Source: Octopus sinensis
Lineage: Eukaryota
DNA length: 64,000 nt
NCBI RefSeq assembly: GCF_006345805.1
Contig: NC_043013.1
Coordinates: 55,056,001-55,120,000, forward strand
Reading direction: 5' to 3'
The notes under the pieces were generated by a model. That model saw only the letters and a list, made by a program, of their open reading frames with translations. It was not told the DNA's origin and did not search any database. A program made the translations under genes and the position numbers. Shown here in pieces: positions 23,473 to 37,812 of the stretch (positions are counted from its first letter, which is position 1; every line of letters starts with the position of its first letter).

Positions 23473-26400
23473 CTAAAATTTGTTTTACTATTTATTCAGA
23501 GGAAAGAATTAGGTTATGCCCATGACTTTATTCTAAGGCTTCTGAAGATGATGACAGGAAAAAAGGAAGAATCAATCAGAACTCAAGGTTTTCTAGAATC
23601 TTGAAACTTGGTCAAAAGGCTTGCAACAAAGTGGACTTTATAAAAGATACCCCAACATGGGTGGAGGGGTTAAGACAAGAGATATAAAGTGCATCAGAAA
23701 CTGTTGTGGCAATTTCAGTTCCTTAAAAAACATTCTGAGGAATAGTCATTATCATTTAAAAGTAATGTAAGCATCTTTAAATCAAATTGAATTAAGCCAT
23801 GTATTGAATTCTTAATGCAACTAAGTTTGGTATTTTCTATAGCAGTTATTCACTGAATCTGTAGGATTCCAAAGTAGATGGCATTTTAACATATATATAG
23901 ATGTCTCATCTGATTTATACTCCTCAGAAGATACACTTGTTAAAAGATATCAGTTCATCTGCTGTATTGCTAAAACATGTTCTTTGTTTATAATTTCTCT
24001 CAACATTCTATAGAATTGCATTGTTCTTGTGTTCATGCAGTTAAACCGTTTTTGTTAATAGATGCAACTCTCTTTACAAAGCCACTGCATCTCTGACAGA
24101 ACCAGGTTACATTTCTCAAGAAGCTCACAGAAGCCTTAACTACTTCATGTCTTAATTACTTGACTCAGCATTTGTACAGAATAAAAAATTGGGGGAAAAT
24201 CACAAATGAAGAACATTTAAAAATAAATTCTATTGGATATATTGTTTTCTTAGCTAAATAAAGAATTCAAGAATGTTTATCTGAATTTTGTAACATTGAA
24301 ATAATTCTAAATTATTGCTTAGAATTAAAATAAACTTCCTAACAAAATGCAATAATCCACATTCTCCTCTGAGAATATGGATTACTGTATTTCCCCAAAG
24401 CCAGAGAGACTGTGCACTCAACACTAGTGAATTCTATTTCACAACCGGTCCCTATTCATGTTAGACATGCAGCTTTACTAAATTTAATATTAAATCTGGT
24501 TAGATCCTCATTAACTTGGGAAATGTATATCGTTATAGATCTCTTCTAACATGATAATTCTATCAAGGTTTATTTTTGTGAGTCTGTAGAGAGATCAGTG
24601 ATATTTTTTATTTTCTCTAACAATGTAGAACTGAAGTTAATGTTTTGAATATAAAATGCTACCAAATGAGTCAGTCTGTATTCTTGTAATCAATCTTATA
24701 TTACTTTTTCTAGAACTACAAACCTTAAACCTCACCCCACCTGCCAGCAATATCTAGAGCTTATCTCTTCTGTTAGTCCTTTTGTTATTGTCCATGTCTT
24801 ACTACAAGGCAACAGAACATATATTTAGATTGCTGAATATCAACAGAAAGTCTGGTAAAGCTTAAACATTCATATTTCTAGACAGAAAAATCAGTGATCA
24901 TATGTATCAATTTTTGTTGAACATAATTCTAGTAAATATATAAGTATTCGGTTGCCAATGGTGCCTGTGTGAGTAAAGATTAAAGACACATAACTTCAGG
25001 TTTCAAATTGCCAAGATGTTTTTTACTTTGTCTTTAAGTTTCATGAATTAGGGCCATACTAAAGAAGCGATTCTGTTTGGTGCTTCCAGTTGTCATTTGC
25101 AAAAGCCATGATACAACTCTCACTTCTATGCCATCAAGTACATCATCTAGACTTTTTTTGTTTTGATATTTGGCTATGGATTCAGTGGATGGCTTTTCGC
25201 TAAGATGCCATGCATTGAATTTGAAGTTACAACAAGAAGGTTTTAAAGCAAATTTTAACTACATTGCTAAACCTCCATCTATCTATCTATCTAAATGTGT
25301 GTGTGTAGTGTTTATCATTTGCATATTTGTGTAAGATGCACAAAATAGCATAAAAGTTTAACCAAGAAAACCATGTGATACTTATTCCTTCCAACTTGGA
25401 CAGATGCTCCCTTATCATTCTCAACATCATATCTACAGTGGAGCTATGATTGGCTTGTTGGAAATTATAATCAACAATGCTATTTACAAAGTGATATATC
25501 AAAATAAAATAAATAGTAATTTAAGAAAAAAAACTACTTTAAATACGTAAAAAAGATAAAATATAACTGTTTCAGAAGATGCAAATTAATGCCAATAATT
25601 TTGTAAAATAAGTTCGAAATAATTAAATCATTAAAAATTTAAAACTCGCCCCCACCCCACCCAGTGTACTCAGAGCGAGCAATTTCAGTAAATATATTGA
25701 TGAATAATTTTCACTGAGAAGATCTATAAATTAATATAATTTCAAAGAAAACTGATAAAGACTATGTTTTTTTAATCTTATTGTAATGTAATTTAGAAGT
25801 AAAAAAAAAAAAAAACTGAAAATTAGTTACCAAAGCACAAGATAGGAATTCCTCTCTGTATGTCATTTTTTTCTTCTTTCATTCCACAGACAGAGAAGTG
25901 AAATGTTAGTGGCAATCTAAAAATATTCATTGCTACATAATATGACTGCACAGAGGTAAAACATTATAGCACACTAAACCTATCTCATACAATTGTGTTT
26001 GAGAATAAAAATGACCTGCTTACCAATTTTATATTAATAGAGAATGCTCTGAAACAAGCACTGAAATTATAACAAGAGTAGTTTATTTCATTAATATTAG
26101 CACAATTTATTCCACAACGACTATCTACCATGTACCATGTGCTAGCTATTAGTAATTATGTATCTAATTGGCTTAAGTTGCCTATCAGAACAACCATAAG
26201 AGTGGAGATAGGGATAGCCCAAGAGGCCTGGAGCCAGCATAATTGGGGAACTTCAGAGATGATAATGGAAACCAACACAGAAACATGATCGGTGATGAAG
26301 TCAAGATGACTCAATTGAAGCTGACTGCTATCAATTAACACACACACACACACGCACACACACACATACACACACACACACGCGCGCACATTCAAAACTA

Positions 26401-26537
26401 TGGTGAAGGTCTCTACTGAATGTATGCATACACATGCAAATGCATATGTATAGTGTGTTTATATATATATATACGTGTTTGTGCATGAGTGTGTATATAT
26501 GTATACGTGTGTGTATGAGTGTGTATATATGTATATA

Positions 26538-26571
<34 letters not shown>

Positions 26572-29218
26572 CATGTGTGTATGAGTGTGTATATATGTAT
26601 ATAGTGCACATATATATATATATATATATATAATATATATATATATAGATATATACGTGCATGTGAGTGTGTATAGATATATATATGTTTGAAGTACAAG
26701 TGAAAGAATGAGCTTATTTATTCAGAAGAAGCTAATTCATTCCGTCACTACTCCCAGTTTCCTTGTACCTGTAGCTAAGAAGTTCCTACTCAATTAACAG
26801 GGACCGGAAATTCTTAGTTATGTTAGTAAATACATTCTTCATGCTTTAACATGCTTTTAATGCAATTGCTTTTCATTCTCAACCCAGCCATGCCAGAGCC
26901 TTGCATAGAATTATGATGGGAAGTTTTAATTTGAATATTAAGTCTTTTGTGTCACAGAACCAGAAGCAGTCTCAGATAGGTAGAGATCAAAAGAGATGAG
27001 TTCATGTTAACATATCTAATGCGTGTAACATTAAAAAGTTAACTTACAATAAGATTTTGTCTTTTTTTAAAAAAATATTTTGTCGCTAAAATATGAAATA
27101 AAACAGATGCATTTGACTGTCAGTGGTTCTTTTCATTCCTGAAATACTAATTTCCCTTTTTAGTCAACTAAACCTGAAATAAGTTACACTCTATTAGAAA
27201 AGAATTTCAATATCATATTTCATTTTTTTTCTCCCTAAACTGAGAAAGTATATCATAATAATTTAAATCTTCAATCAATTACAGACTCTGTAGGGTACCC
27301 CATTAACAAACGTCACATGTCCTCACATCTTTCTAACAGTACATGAGAAGAAATGAACCTACTAAAATATTTCATGTTCATGTTTATCAGTTTTTAGTTG
27401 GAAATAGAGTTTCGCAGCAGGTTTATTTTCCATGTCAAAGAATGTTGCCATGTTATATTCCAGCACTTATATTACAAGTTAATCATCAAAACTTCCAATA
27501 GACAACTCATAAATTTCTATTTTCATCTTCTTTGATTCCATTAAAAGTTATTTGAATCCCTACAATGATAATGCCTTCGAAAATTTACAAATTATAATAT
27601 AAATAATAAAAATGATTATCTGTATAACAACTTCTTTTATTGACAGAAGACTAAATTAATTATTTCTCAGAAATATTTGAGCAAATCTTTAGAAAGATTA
27701 ACAAACAGTAACAAGATTACTGAAACTTGAAATTGCAAAATATATATGGGGCTAAATGGAAACTTCAGTCTTGCTTCTTCCTTATCAAGATGGATATAAA
27801 AGCCAGTTTTTCTTTTGTCAAATATTCCCGGTATTTATTTTATATAGAGAATTTGCTTTTATACATTATCTTCATTTAGTATCAAATGCCATCAATGCTT
27901 CACTATTGGAACTGTCAAAATCTTCAGAAAATTACATTTATATTTAATACTGTTATCAGTTGAATGCATTTCCTTAATTCCATTACATTGTTCCTGTCAA
28001 TAAGGAAACTCTCAGTCGCACAAGTCACCCTCGGATTTCAGTTTGATTCCTCTTTCTGCAACAGTGTTCTCTTCATAGCAACTCAGCAACATACAGTCAT
28101 CTTTCCTAGCCATCGTCATCATCATCATCATCATCATCTCCTCACTGCTTCTCAACCACTGAAACCCCTCTATCATGACCCCCAACATCTTCTCTCCTCC
28201 CATAATACACAAAGTCCCTTTTCCCTACAGTCTCTTCACACCTTTGTTGTCCTAATCCTTCTTACTCTACCTCACACCCCATTCCTCACACACCTTTGAA
28301 TTATATTCACCTGTATATCATGGGGTAATGCTGCATCCTTCCTACACTCCTCCCCCTATGCATAATCCTTCTACTCTTCCCCTTTCTCTGTTTCTCCACT
28401 TACCCCTGACACTATAACTCCTCCTTTCCCCCATTCCATAATGCTCCTCCGTATGTTATATAACCAGTTACTCACTCCACCACCTCCCTCTCACAACAAT
28501 AAACTTGTCTCTTGCACAACTCTTACCCCTTTCATCACCTTAAAGCCATTACCCTCTTCCTCGCAATTCTTCTCTCAGGTGTGGCAGTTATTTTAGACTT
28601 ACCAGGTGTGAGTGACCTTACAAATGCTGGCAATGCATAAGAATGCACCCAGTACACTCTGTCAAGTGCTTGTCTCTACGAAAGGAATATAGCCATAGAC
28701 ACAGGTATGTCATAACGGCGATGGCAGAACATGACATGTTCACCTGACACACCAAATCCTATTCAATTGTGCAACAAATGGAAAGTAGATGTATGATGAT
28801 GGTGATGATGATGATGATATTTTTGTTCTGTTGTTACCATACATTCCATATACAACCTTCCATAGATTTCTTTCTTAGAGTAGTTCTATAATTTATTTTT
28901 CTTTCATATTTAATTCATACAAAACCTCAGAGCAACACATTGTAACTAACCTCTGGTACACACACACATACAGGTGGGAGGGAGGACTAGAGTCCTATGA
29001 CTGAAAAATGAGTCAGTTTATATATATATATATACATGTATCTATATATATATATATGTATGTATGAATATATACATATATTCATACATATACATACATA
29101 TACATACATATATATATATAATAATTTTGATATATATTTAAAATAATATAAATTAATCTTATGTATTGGCTTAAGTTTTTCATTGTATTTGCCTAATAGT
29201 GGTTTAATCTCTCATTTA

Positions 29219-29261
<43 letters not shown>

Positions 29262-29265
<4 letters not shown>

Positions 29266-29600
29266 CATCGTTTGTTTTTACTGTGTTATTCTCTTTGTTC
29301 TTTTACTGTTTCTAATGTCGTGTTTTGTTCTTACTGTCCTGTTCTTGTTACTATTTTTACCCCTCTGCAAAAAATCCCAAATCTCATTTAATTTGCTGTG
29401 CAGGAAGGACTGTTTCAATGAAGTCACGTCTTGTCCTTACATTCGAAACGTGGAGTAAATCAAACAGGGACAACTGAAGAAGGGGAATATTCCTTGTACT
29501 CTGTTTTTACATTGTTTGAAAAATGTTCATTTCCATGTTTTCGTTTTTGTTTTCGTTTCTCATTGTGGTCAATGTTTTTTGATGTCCTGTACCCATATAG
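29262..29600. mobile_element. T-rich interspersed element with hammerhead-like boxes (PLE pLTR-like?)
   Basis: Bounded by TA-rich microsatellites; contains CGAAAC and CTGAAGA boxes and T-rich tracts reminiscent of PLE UTRs. Confidence 0.4.
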
Positions 29601-29992
29601 GTATATATATATACATATAGATGTAGGTATGTGCATATATGTATATATAGATGCATATATTTATATATTATTATATGATCGAACGCCACACCTTTTCCAA
29701 GTAAGTTTTATACGTATACATATATATGTGTATACATATATATATGCAAATATACATATATATATATATACAGATATATATGTATACTTATATATATGTA
29801 TATACATATGTATATCTATACTATACTACATAGATAAACACACACACATATATATACATACATATATATATATACATACATATATATATACATAAATACA
29901 TATATATATACATACATACATATACATACATATATATATACATAATACATATATATATGCATACATGCATATATATATACATAATACATATA

Positions 29993-30157
29993 GACGCAGG
30001 AGTGGCTGTGTGGTAAGTAGCTTGCTTACCAACCACATGGTTCTGGGTTCAGTCCTACTGCATGGCACTTTGGGCAAGTGTCTTCTACTATAGCCTCGGG
30101 CCGACCAAAGCCTTGTGAGTGGATTTGGTAGACGGAAACTGAAAGAAGCCCGTCGTA

Positions 30158-30209
<52 letters not shown>

Positions 30210-30427
30210 CCTGTGTGTTTGTGTGTCTGTGTTTGTCTCCCTAGCATTGCTTGACAACCGATGCTGGTGTGTTTATGTCCCTGTCACTTAGCGGTTCGGC
30301 AAAAGAGACCGATAGAATAAGTACTGAGCTTACAAAGAATAAGTCCCGGGGTCGAGTTGCTCGACTAAAGGCGGTGCTCCAGCATGGCTGCAGTCAAATG
30401 ACTGAAACAAGTAAAAGAGTAAAAGAG
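29993..30427 (+). mobile_element. Family A tRNA-derived SINE, full length, well preserved
   Basis: Head GGAGTGGCTGTGTGGTAAG...GGTTCAGTCC, CpGs retained, tail (GTAAAAGA)2. Confidence 0.9.
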
Positions 30428-30439
30428 TATATACATACA

Positions 30440-30488
<49 letters not shown>

Positions 30489-33400
30489 GAATATATACAA
30501 ATATTTATTAACATGTACACGCAAATGCATGCATACTGATACACACACATGTATTGATTTGAATGCATAGGAAAGCTAGAGATAATGAAATGAGATAAGG
30601 GAGTTAGTTAATAATGGAGAGTATTTTTTAAAAAGACATGAAGAAAAGTTTAACAGAAACTACAGCATCAAGTGAGGAGAGTGAGGGAGAAGAACAAGAG
30701 AGAGAGAGTGGGGGGATAGTGAAACTGAAAGAGAGAAAATTGCGTGAATGTAAATGAGTGATGAGGCAGATATGAAAGGGGAAATGAAAATGTAAGGGAG
30801 GCTAGTGTCAAAATGGAAAAAGATGATAAAATGTAGTAATTAAAATGAGAGAAGAAGAGGGTTATATGAAACTGATAGAAATGTGGGGTGGTGATGGAGC
30901 TGAAACTGATGAGAATTAAGGCAAGTAATGAATAGGGGGGGGGGAAAGCAAATGTGAGTTAAAGGAAATATATAAAAACATGGAGAGGAAATAAAATACG
31001 TGTGTGAGAGAAATATTAACAGGAGATAATGAAAATAAATAGAGAAAAGCTATGAAAAAAAGATGAATAAAAGCCTCTGGAATAAAATAAAATAAGACAG
31101 AGATGAGAGAAGGAAAAGAGAGTTGAGTTTTTTTTTTAATCTGTAACAAAGTTCTTTTTAAAAGTGAATATTGATTTCAAGCGGTAAAGCTGCTCTAGAT
31201 GTGGATTTTATTCCTGTTTTTCTAATGAGTCAAATATATTTATAAAATATCATTGATCTGTTTTTAGAGAAGAAGCTGTAATATAATCTGAATTTCAGTT
31301 TTGATTTCTCTCTCAGTGAATATCATAAATTATAGTGCTCTGTAAATATCAGGTTTTACTAAACAGTTTAATCTTGTATGGGGTGGATGAGAGAAAGGAG
31401 GAAAGGCTGGAGAGATTGTGACAAGGAGACAAGGAGACTCAAACAAATGGTTGCAAAGAAACTGAACTTCACAAAAGCTACTATAAATATTAATTTTGTA
31501 GTGATCTTAGTTTTACCAAAAGTATATCATGATCTCAAGTAAATCAGAGAGTGACCAGCTGCTATTTATTCCTGTCAAAAATTTCACACTGGTCTTCCCA
31601 GAGATGATACAATTTGTGCTTTGTAAAAGTTTCTTTAATCAATAAAACTTTTCAGTAAAAATTGGTCGACTGCCAAATACAAACTCAGAAACTCTTTTGT
31701 TTTTCCATAAATGTATGAGAATGGATCAAGGGAGAGGGTAGAAGCAAAGGTAGAATAATGGGGGAGAAGGAAGTAAGAAAATTTGAAATTTCCTGTGCAG
31801 AACAAAATATATTGAATGCTGCTGTTAAGCAGATTAATGCTAACACCTTTGATAATTTTGGTTTTTTGATTTATCTTTTAGAACGTTTTTTTTCTTTTTT
31901 CACAGAAAATAATTCTGTAATATAATTACAAATGTCTGATGATAGGATGAGAGGAACAGAAGACAAATAATAGTATGATATCCAGTAAAGTACAAAAGGA
32001 AAAAAAAAAACATTTAAAAATCAAATCAAGAAATTTAAAAAATATAAATTTGTTGATCATCTCATTTTATATATATAAAAACAAAAATTGGCATGTATGC
32101 AGAACAACAATCAGTAAAAGAAATTGAGATAAATACAGGATAGTCTGAAGTATTACAACATTTCTTTGGAGTTGCACATCAACACTGTAATTACAATAGT
32201 TGGCAACGAAAATTTTCAGCAATTTAATTAGGAGCAAATGTAATAATTCTTTGATATAATATTTAAATAAATACATTACAGATCTGTTTTGTTTCTGCAT
32301 TTATTAGACATGTCACATTAAATTTGAAAATTTCATTTATTTAAATGTGTCAATAAAAATTAAAATCAAATGCTGTTATTTTTTTGAAATTATTTTCTTT
32401 CTTTTAAAATATTATTAAGTTACTTTAAACCAATTAGTTCAGCCCATCTGAAGTGTTACTAAGCCTGTCTTATATATTTTCCTTTTGGAAACAACATTTT
32501 GTCTTCAAATTACAATAATTTATGACTTCAATCAACAGAAGAATGTTTGTAAGGGGAAAAAAAGAAAAAAAATGGAATCACTTATATTTCATTTTTCATT
32601 CTATAATTTCAAATGGGTATTGAACCCACAAAGAGTTTGAGCAATTGACAAACCACTAATAAATTAAACTTTTTTTTTAGCACTTTTGATCTTTGCTTCT
32701 AAATGCAGTTTATATATATATATATATGAAAAAAATATTAAAAGGCTGTTTTAGACATTTTAGACACGCAGAATGAAAACTAATCTGAATAAATGGTAAA
32801 ATATTTTGCTAACTAGGGTTCAGTTTTTCTCTCAAATGAAGAAAAATTATTTTCCGTATGGAAAACATAAAGTTAGTTAATATTGTTAATTTTTTAAAAA
32901 TCAATTTATATAGTTTGTTGTTTTTTCCTTGTTGTATATTTAAAGATTGTTATAAACACATTAATGTATGGGAAAGAAAAATAAGTAAACATAAATAAAC
33001 TCAGCTTTTTGAGGATCCTACAATAGAAAGTATAGTTTTAATAGATCTATGAGTCGTTTAGGTGGATAATACTATGGTTTCTTCAAATATATAAACAGAC
33101 ATAACTCATTTTCATCAACTCAATCATCCTGAGATTGCTCTCAGCTACATGACACAAACTTCCATAATCTCCAAACTTTCATCAATATTCTACGTTAATT
33201 TATGCACCAAACACCAGCATCATAATTATTTTACTGGATTCTTTATTTCCTAAATATGTTTAAAGAAAGGCAGTGAGCTTCAACACTAATATGATAACAA
33301 AACGGTTAAGTGATAGTAAGTAGGAATGATTAACAGCCAAAAGATTTTATAAACATGTGTAAATTCTTTTGGCAGTAGATGTGTGTGTGTGTGTGTGTGT

Positions 33401-33579
33401 GCAGATTTGTTTGAATAACTTCAAGAAATACAACCCAAAACATGAGTTTATAATATATAAGATAATATATAAGGAAAATAAAATAATAATAATAATAATA
33501 ATAATGAAAAAGTATATATATATATCCATGTTACTTGCAGTTTTATTCAGAATTGATTTTTAATGTAATCTGTTATTCC

Positions 33580-33620
33580 ACTTACCTGTAAGAAAGAAAG
33601 AAAAGAAAGATGTGTTAGTT
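33580..33620 (-). other. Candidate recursive splice site (ratchet point)
   Basis: Minus strand: AACTAAC-acat-(Y)21-ACAG|GTAAGT. Confidence 0.55.
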
Positions 33621-34214
33621 ACAGCAAATGTTATATTTGAGTTATACAAAAGTGAGATAACTTATTAATTAAACATTTTGTATGAGGAAATCTGTTTCCA
33701 ACAAATATTAAATTTTACGTTATTAAGGCGCTTGGAGACAATTTCAAAGGAAATGTATTCCAGCCAACTTAGAAATAGTTAACAATTGACAGTAAAGAAT
33801 ATTATGTTAAAACATTATGTAAGAAGGAGAGAAAGAGAGAGAGGAAGAGCAGAGGAGAGAAAGCTTTTATTGCAATTCATAAAGGTTGTACCATACCAGA
33901 TAATGCTAAAAAAGGAATTTCAAAAAGGAAATTCAATTAACAGTTAAAATTAATTTTTTGAAAATTTATATAAGCAACAAGACTCTACTTTTATAAAATG
34001 GCTTTCTTCCATTTTGAAAAACACTCTTCAAATATGCAACCACAAAATCTGTAAAGCCTTAACCTTCGGATGTTAGAGAGAATTGAATTCTTGTTGTTTT
34101 CTGCAGATCATCTCTGTTGCAGCAGCAGCAGATTTATGATCAATGGTACTCTATTCATGACCACCCTGCTTTAAAAGCCTACTTTATTTAACCCCTTGAT
34201 ACAAACTTTCACCT

Positions 34215-34442
34215 TTAACCCTTTAACATTCAGATTTTCCTGTCAAATGTTGTGCTTATTAATTCAAAGGGTTTTCAATTAATCCTGCATCATCTCGTAG
34301 CTTCAGGAATTTTATGATGTGATTGTTTATTTTGAGAAGTACATTGTAGGGTAGGTGTGAGAGACTGGATCTGGTTGGTTTGAACAAAAGACAGGTAGAA
34401 TATTTAGGCAGGACATGGTCAGTTTGAATGTTAAATGGTTAA
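34215..34442. mobile_element. piggyBac-type MITE with TTAA TSDs
   Basis: TTAA|CCCTTTAACATT ... AATGTTAAATGG|TTAA; body collinear with 6587-6748 + 7146-7207. Confidence 0.75.
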
Positions 34443-35671
34443 AGTGATCTAAATTCTAACCTCTCACCAAAACTACATGTTAATTTAAGTTACAAACAGT
34501 TTAATAATAAGAAAGTTATTTTAACTAAGTTATTCACTATTTACAAAATTAATTGAGATAAAGCCATGAATATGTCCTTCTTTTTTTAAGATTGCAGAGG
34601 GAGATTTGATTGCTATTTTTGGAAGGTCAGTCAGGTATATATATATATAAACTCTTTCATTGATGTGTGCAATTCATTTGGATTCAAAATGGCTATATAT
34701 TTCACGATTTGGATAATTAAATCCTCTATGCTAACAATACAAATAAAGTGCATACATTTATGAAGTTACAAAGAAAATGTACAATAATTGCATATTGAAG
34801 ATATCAAATATATTTTCATGACTTCACAGGAAATAAAGGAACCCCCGTTTCCTTCAAGTATGGAGCTCATAAAAATGACTTTTAAATAGTGGGTCAGCAT
34901 GCAATAATTTATGATTTCATTAATTAAGTAAATTCATATTAAATAGCTTTTATAAGATTGCATACAAATTGTACTAATTGTTTCACTTACTTCATTAACC
35001 TAATTACTATTTAAAATTCAGAAGCTTTTTTAGCCTTATTACACACTAAATAGATAGAGGTAAATAGAACTGCGAATGAGATATATATTTTATATAAATC
35101 AGTGTTTCACAGTTATAACTGTGTGTGTGTGCATAATTATTAGAATGTCAATAAAACAGGAATCCTAAATAAATAGATAGAGTATCATGTGCACTCATCT
35201 AATATCACTATGAAAGTAGTTCCAGAAGGGACTTTTTGGCAGCTTGGACAAGGACAGAAGTAACTTGTTACTGCTTCTTAACAACTCTTCAAGATTGTCT
35301 TTCTTTCCAAAAATGGGTCAAGCCCAGCTCATTTGCATGATACTACATGGTAGGTGACACATTACGAAATACTTTATGTTTGAATAACTCAATATATTTG
35401 TTTTCCATACATACTTTCATACATTTCTGCCACTTCTTTGAGACAGTTTGGGCCAGTTTGTCCATGTCAGGTTCTGTCAGATGTCTTCAACAATGACCAT
35501 CAAAACTGCTTGTAAACAGGCCTTCAATAAACTGTTTTTGATATATAAGAAATGATACATCTGGGTGATTCAAAATTAGTGATTTCTAAACATTTTAAAT
35601 GTTTAAATATTTAATTAGCTTCATCTTTAGGGAAGAAATATTTTTGATAATCTTTACATTCACACCATATT

Positions 35672-36135
35672 TTGATGCAGATTGGTGAATGCAATTGTCT
35701 TCCCAATAGCAACATATGGATGCGAGACCTGGACACTAAAGAAAGCTGACCAGAAGAGAATTAATGCATTCGAGCTTTGGTGTTGGAGAAGACTTTTACG
35801 GATTCCATGGACAGTGAAGCTCACCAATGGAGAAGTTCTTAACCAGATCAAGCTGAAACTGTCGCTAGAAGCTAGGATCACCAAGCATAGATTGACGTAT
35901 TTTGGTCATATTATGCGGAGAAAATCCCTGGAGAAGGACATCATGCTCAGAATGGTCAGTGGCAAGAGAGGAAGAGGCCGACCAAGAACCCGCTGGCTTG
36001 ACACCATCAAGAGTGATATGGGAATGGACATAGCCAATCTGAAAGAAGCGGCCCAGGATAGAACTGGCTGGAGGACACTGATCCATCGAGTAACTGAGAG
36101 TCGACTTTGACTGAGCGGATAAATAGATAGATAGA
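35672..36135 (+). mobile_element. RTE (BovB-like) LINE 3' fragment with uninterrupted ORF2 C-terminus
   Basis: 142-aa ORF with VFPIATYGCETWTLKKADQKRINAFELWCWRRLLRIPW...YFGHIMRR..LEK.IML..VSGKRGRGRPRTRWLD...AQDR..WR; (ATAG)n tail. Confidence 0.92.
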
Positions 36136-37077
36136 TTGTCAACTAGTTACTTAGTGCTGAATTTGCACTAATAAACCTCTTTTTATGAATTAATTGTAGC
36201 AGCACACTTATCCATGATGTAGTCTTATGAACATATTCTTTATGCTCCTCACATTAAATGCATCAGTAGCATAGATGATAAGAAACTTATTATTAATTTA
36301 GAACTAGAGGGTCTTAGTTCTTATTCTGTCAGGTAAAGATATGTTATCTTAGAATAACACAATTGAGGAGGAGTAAAGAACAAACCACTTAAAACATAAA
36401 TGGGATTTAAAAAAATTTTTGCTTTGGAGACACAAGGCCTGCAAATTTGAGAGGTGGGAAGTCAGTTACATTGAATGGTACTTATTTTATTGATCCTGAA
36501 AGAATGGAAGGTAAAGTCAACCTCAGCAGAATTTGAACTCAATTCTGCCTGCTTGTTGCCTTAAAGGGAATGAAAATATTAAAAGCATGTTCTCGTTTCT
36601 AAAAAAAAAATGAGATTTGATGATCTTTGAAATTAAAATTTTATGATTAAGAATATCTTTTACATATATTATTTAACATTTGAAGTGTTTTCTAATTCCT
36701 AAATTTGTAATTTCAGGAAAGTACTTGCTGCAATCCTCTTCTGCACACTGAATATTAAAAACTAATGATGGATATGAAGGTAATAATGGTTTCAAAATTT
36801 GGCACAAGGCCAGCAGTTTTAGGGAAGAGGTGGGGTAAGTCGATTACATCAACATGAATGCTAAACTGATAACTGGTACTTATGTTAACCATGCATTATT
36901 ATTCTTATATAAGGCAGTGAGCTAGTAAAGTCTACCTTTGCAGAATTCGAACTCAGAATGTAAAGACAGCGGAAATTCCATGAAGCAGTTTGCTTGGTAT
37001 GCTAATGGTTCTCCCATCTCGCTGCCTTGTATAATGGAGATAATTCTTAGATGTATTATATCAAAAAAGATATTTTA

Positions 37078-37467
37078 TCTTTTACTTGTTTCAGTCATTG
37101 GCCTGTGGCCATACTGGGGCACTGCCTTGAAGAATCTTAATCTAATGAATCGACTCCAGAACTATTTGCTTTCAAGTACTGGTCCATATTCTATTGGTCT
37201 CTTTTGCTGAACCACTAAGTTACAAGGGCATAAACACACCACCATCAATTGTCAAGCGATGGTGGTGGACAAATACAAGGACACACACACACACATACAT
37301 ACACGACTGGCTTCTTCCAGTTTCCGTCTACGAAATCCACTCACAAGGCTTTGGCCAACCTGAGGCTATAGTAGAAGGCACTTCCCCAAGTTGCCACGCA
37401 GTGGGACTGAACCCTGAACTATGAGGTTGGGAAACAAGCTTCTTACTACACACCCATGCATGTGCCT
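37078..37467 (-). mobile_element. Family A SINE (reverse)
   Basis: TTTACTTGTTTCAGTC...TTTCCGTCTACGAAATCCACTCACAAGGCTTTGG...GGGACTGAACCC. Confidence 0.85.
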
Positions 37468-37668
37468 ACATTCAAATTCTTTTACACAACATTTCTTATT
37501 TTTTCCTGTAAACCAAATTCAGAAAATAATGAAGACCAGTAAATCCACATTTAAATAACATGCTTCCATAGACATTTCCCTATTCATGTGATGAGATACT
37601 TAAACGTAATACAGTTTCTCTATGTGGTTAATATGTCTTGTGTTCTGCAAAGCAATATTTGTTGTCAG

Positions 37669-37708
<40 letters not shown>

Positions 37709-37812
37709 ATAATAATAAAGGGTAAATTTAATCAATTAATTTATAATTAATAATTCCAGCAAGTAGCATTTGGCATGTTAAAGGGACCATTTTTGGTAAA
37801 CTTAAACAATAT

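Noticed and set aside
35331-35338. Octamer ATTTGCAT as an snRNA distal element
   Set aside because: No snRNA or proximal element nearby; expected by chance.
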